Source: Alphaproteobacteria bacterium (GTDB lineage Bacteria > Pseudomonadota > Alphaproteobacteria > UBA828). From it: a stretch of DNA of 64,000 nucleotides. Made by a program: the position numbers and the translations under genes. A model generated the notes under the pieces. That model saw only the letters and a list, made by a program, of their open reading frames with translations, did not search any database and was not told the origin of the DNA. The DNA lies in contig CBDCRW010000005.1 of NCBI GenBank assembly GCA_965221125.1, forward strand, positions 352,001 to 416,000, in the 5' to 3' direction. Shown one piece after another: positions 61,895 through 64,000 of this stretch; within the stretch, counting starts at the first letter, position 1, and the number at the start of each line of letters is the position of its first letter.

Positions 61895-63166
61895 ATGATC
61901 ACTCTCAACAGGCGCGGGCTGCTGGCCGCCGTGGCGGTCGTGCCGGCCCTGGCGCTCGGCGCCCCCGCCTTCGCGCAAGGCGGCGACGTCACGCTCACGC
62001 ACTACTTCACCGGCGAGTTCGGGCTCAAGATCTTCAACGAGCAGGTCGCGAAGTTCGAAGCCGCCACCGACTACACCATCAAGAACAGCCCCATCGGTCA
62101 CGAGGACTTCAAGACCGACATCCTGGTGCGCGCGGCCGGCGACAGCCTGCCCGACGTCTTCAGCTACTGGGCCGGGGCGCGGACGCAGTTCGTCGTCGAT
62201 GCCGGAGCTCTCCATCCCATCGACGACATGTGGGCGCGGGACGGCCTCGACAATGTCGTCGCGAAGTCCGTGGCCGACAGCGCCACCATGTACAACGGCC
62301 AGCGCTACCTGGTGCCGTTCAACTACCACTACGCGGGCATGTTCTATAACACCCAGGTGATGGCGGACGCGGGCGTCACCGAGATGCCGACGACCTGGGA
62401 CGGCTTCATGGCGCTCTGCGAGACGCTGAAGGGCAAGGGCGTGACACCCATCGCGCTCGGCTCGAAGAACCGCTGGCCCGCCCAGTTCTGGTTCGACTAC
62501 CTGCTGCTCGGCACCGCCGGCCCCGACTACCGCGCGGGCCTGATGAACGGCTCCGCGGCTTACGACGACGCCGAGGTCAAGGCCGCCATGGCGATGTGGA
62601 AGGACTTGGCGGACAAGGGCTACTTCGCGCCCAACGCCAACGCCGATTCATGGACGGATGCGTCCGACAAGGTGGCGCGCGGCGATGCGGCCATGACCCT
62701 CATGGGCACCTGGATCACCGGCTACTGGAACGGGCTGGGGCTCGAGCCCGGCAAGGACTACGACTTCTTCCCGTTCCCGGCGATCGCCGACGGCGTGCCC
62801 GTGTCGGTGGTGGGCCCGGTGGACGGCCTGGTCATCTCCAACGACGGAGAGAACCGCGCGGGCGCCGAGGCGTTCCTCAGCTTCATGATGTCGAACGCCG
62901 ACGTGCAGGCGAGCTGGACCGGCGCCTACGGGGCCTTGTCGGCCAACGTCAACGTGGACCCCGCGAACTTCAACGTGGTCATGCAGCGGGTCTCCGGCGT
63001 CGTAGGCGGAGCCGACAACTTCGCGTTCAACTACGACCTCGCGACGCCGCCGCCGGTGGCCGAGGTCGGGCTCTCCATGTTCTCGCGCTTCATGGACGAC
63101 CCGAGCCAGGTGGACGACATCCTGGCGCAGGCGGCCGCGGACGCAGCACAGGCGTTCACGGAATAA
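61895..63166 (+). CDS. Carbohydrate ABC substrate-binding protein with Tat-like signal
   Basis: NRRGLL twin-arginine signal, PDVF, FYN, PTTWD, G.AAM...GTW. Confidence 0.88.
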   Translation: MITLNRRGLLAAVAVVPALALGAPAFAQGGDVTLTHYFTGEFGLKIFNEQVAKFEAATDYTIKNSPIGHEDFKTDILVRAAGDSLPDVFSYWAGARTQFVVDAGALHPIDDMWARDGLDNVVAKSVADSATMYNGQRYLVPFNYHYAGMFYNTQVMADAGVTEMPTTWDGFMALCETLKGKGVTPIALGSKNRWPAQFWFDYLLLGTAGPDYRAGLMNGSAAYDDAEVKAAMAMWKDLADKGYFAPNANADSWTDASDKVARGDAAMTLMGTWITGYWNGLGLEPGKDYDFFPFPAIADGVPVSVVGPVDGLVISNDGENRAGAEAFLSFMMSNADVQASWTGAYGALSANVNVDPANFNVVMQRVSGVVGGADNFAFNYDLATPPPVAEVGLSMFSRFMDDPSQVDDILAQAAADAAQAFTE

Positions 63167-63183
63167 GCGCAGTCTCGTGCAGG

Positions 63184-63216
63184 CGGGCCGCCGGGCGGTA
63201 TCTCCCCGGCGGCCCG
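63184..63216 (+). promoter_or_regulatory. Intercistronic stem-loop after the binding-protein gene
   Basis: 12-bp stem CGGGCCGCCGGG/CCCGGCGGCCCG. Confidence 0.55.
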
Positions 63217-63243
63217 TTCACTTGCCGGCATGAGCAGTGACCG

Positions 63244-64000
63244 ATGGAACGGGAGAACCGTTTCTGGCGGGTGATCCTGTTGGCGCTGCCGCTTGCGGTG
63301 TTCGCGGCCTTCGTTGTCTGGCCGCTGGCGAGCTCCTTCTACTACAGCTTCACCAACTGGAACGGCTTCAATCCCGACTACGACTACGTCGGCTTCGCTA
63401 ACTTCCTCAAGATCCACACCGACAAGCTGTTCCTCAACGCCGCGATCAACACGGCGTTCTGGATCGTGGCCGCGATCGTCGTGCCGACCGCGCTGGGGTT
63501 AGGCCTTGCGCTCCTGATCGACAGCCGCATCCCCGGCGGCTCGGTGTTCAAGTCGATCTTCTACCTGCCGATCTGCCTCTCGGCCGTGGTGGTGGGGCAG
63601 ATCTGGGTCTGGATCTACCAGCCGGACTGGGGGCTGCTGAACACCGTGGTCGAAGCGGTGAGCGGCGAGAACTTCAACTACGCGTGGCTCGCGAAGCCGG
63701 ATAGCGCGCTCTGGTCGGTGATCCTCGCCTGGTCGTGGCAGCAGACCGGGCTCTCGATGGTGATCTTCCTGGCAGGCCTCACCACCATCCCCGAGGAGCT
63801 TCTGGAGGTCTGCGAGATCGAGGGCGCGAAGGCCTTCCAGCGCATCCGCCTCGTGGTCATCCCCCTGCTCACGCCGGCCACGGTGGTGGTGATCGCGCTC
63901 AACGTCATCAACTCGCTCAAGGGCTTCGACATCCTCTACACCATGACCGGCGGCGGGCCGTTCAACAGCTCCGACACGCTGGCCATGCACATGTACAACG
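63244..64000 (+). CDS. Carbohydrate ABC permease (partial, runs off the window)
   Basis: ATG at 63244, YYSFTNWNG, YVGFANF, EIEGA loop, MTGGGP; no stop before the window end. Confidence 0.88.
   Translation, partial: MERENRFWRVILLALPLAVFAAFVVWPLASSFYYSFTNWNGFNPDYDYVGFANFLKIHTDKLFLNAAINTAFWIVAAIVVPTALGLGLALLIDSRIPGGSVFKSIFYLPICLSAVVVGQIWVWIYQPDWGLLNTVVEAVSGENFNYAWLAKPDSALWSVILAWSWQQTGLSMVIFLAGLTTIPEELLEVCEIEGAKAFQRIRLVVIPLLTPATVVVIALNVINSLKGFDILYTMTGGGPFNSSDTLAMHMYN

Noticed and set aside
63230-63274. Frameshift at the start of the last permease
   Set aside because: The ATG at 63230 is a short out-of-frame ORF; the ATG at 63244 opens a continuous permease frame.

Overview
GC-rich alphaproteobacterial chromosome segment (Rhodospirillales-like gene order, inferred). 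1-8.9 kb is accessory DNA: the end of a peptide-type ABC operon containing three tandem 246-aa DUF1028/Ntn-hydrolase paralogs, a complete IS3, a secreted FGE/CLec-fold gene whose 3' end looks like a diversity-generating retroelement (DGR) variable region followed by a GGA-loop hairpin (no RT or template repeat seen in the window), a truncated IS3, phage-like remnants, an integrase fragment and the 3' half of tRNA-Thr(GGT) (att-like site). 9-24 kb is core genome: hpf-ptsN-hprK-rapZ-EIIA(Man)-HPr-EI-ahcY-tsaE-amgK-murU-addB-addA. The rest holds a PIN toxin-antitoxin pair, prfB (programmed +1 frameshift), a frameshifted mrcA, amiC, an intact IS5 with a 6-bp target duplication, a TRAP transporter, many catabolic enzymes (including a fluoroacetate-dehalogenase-like hydrolase), sugar ABC genes and a divergent urease-like operon with only ureD. 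Non-coding highlights are a family of TAG-stop-anchored palindromic/MITE-like repeats at 5 loci and a 13-copy 10-bp tandem array. All calls come from motif recognition by eye; no database searches were run.
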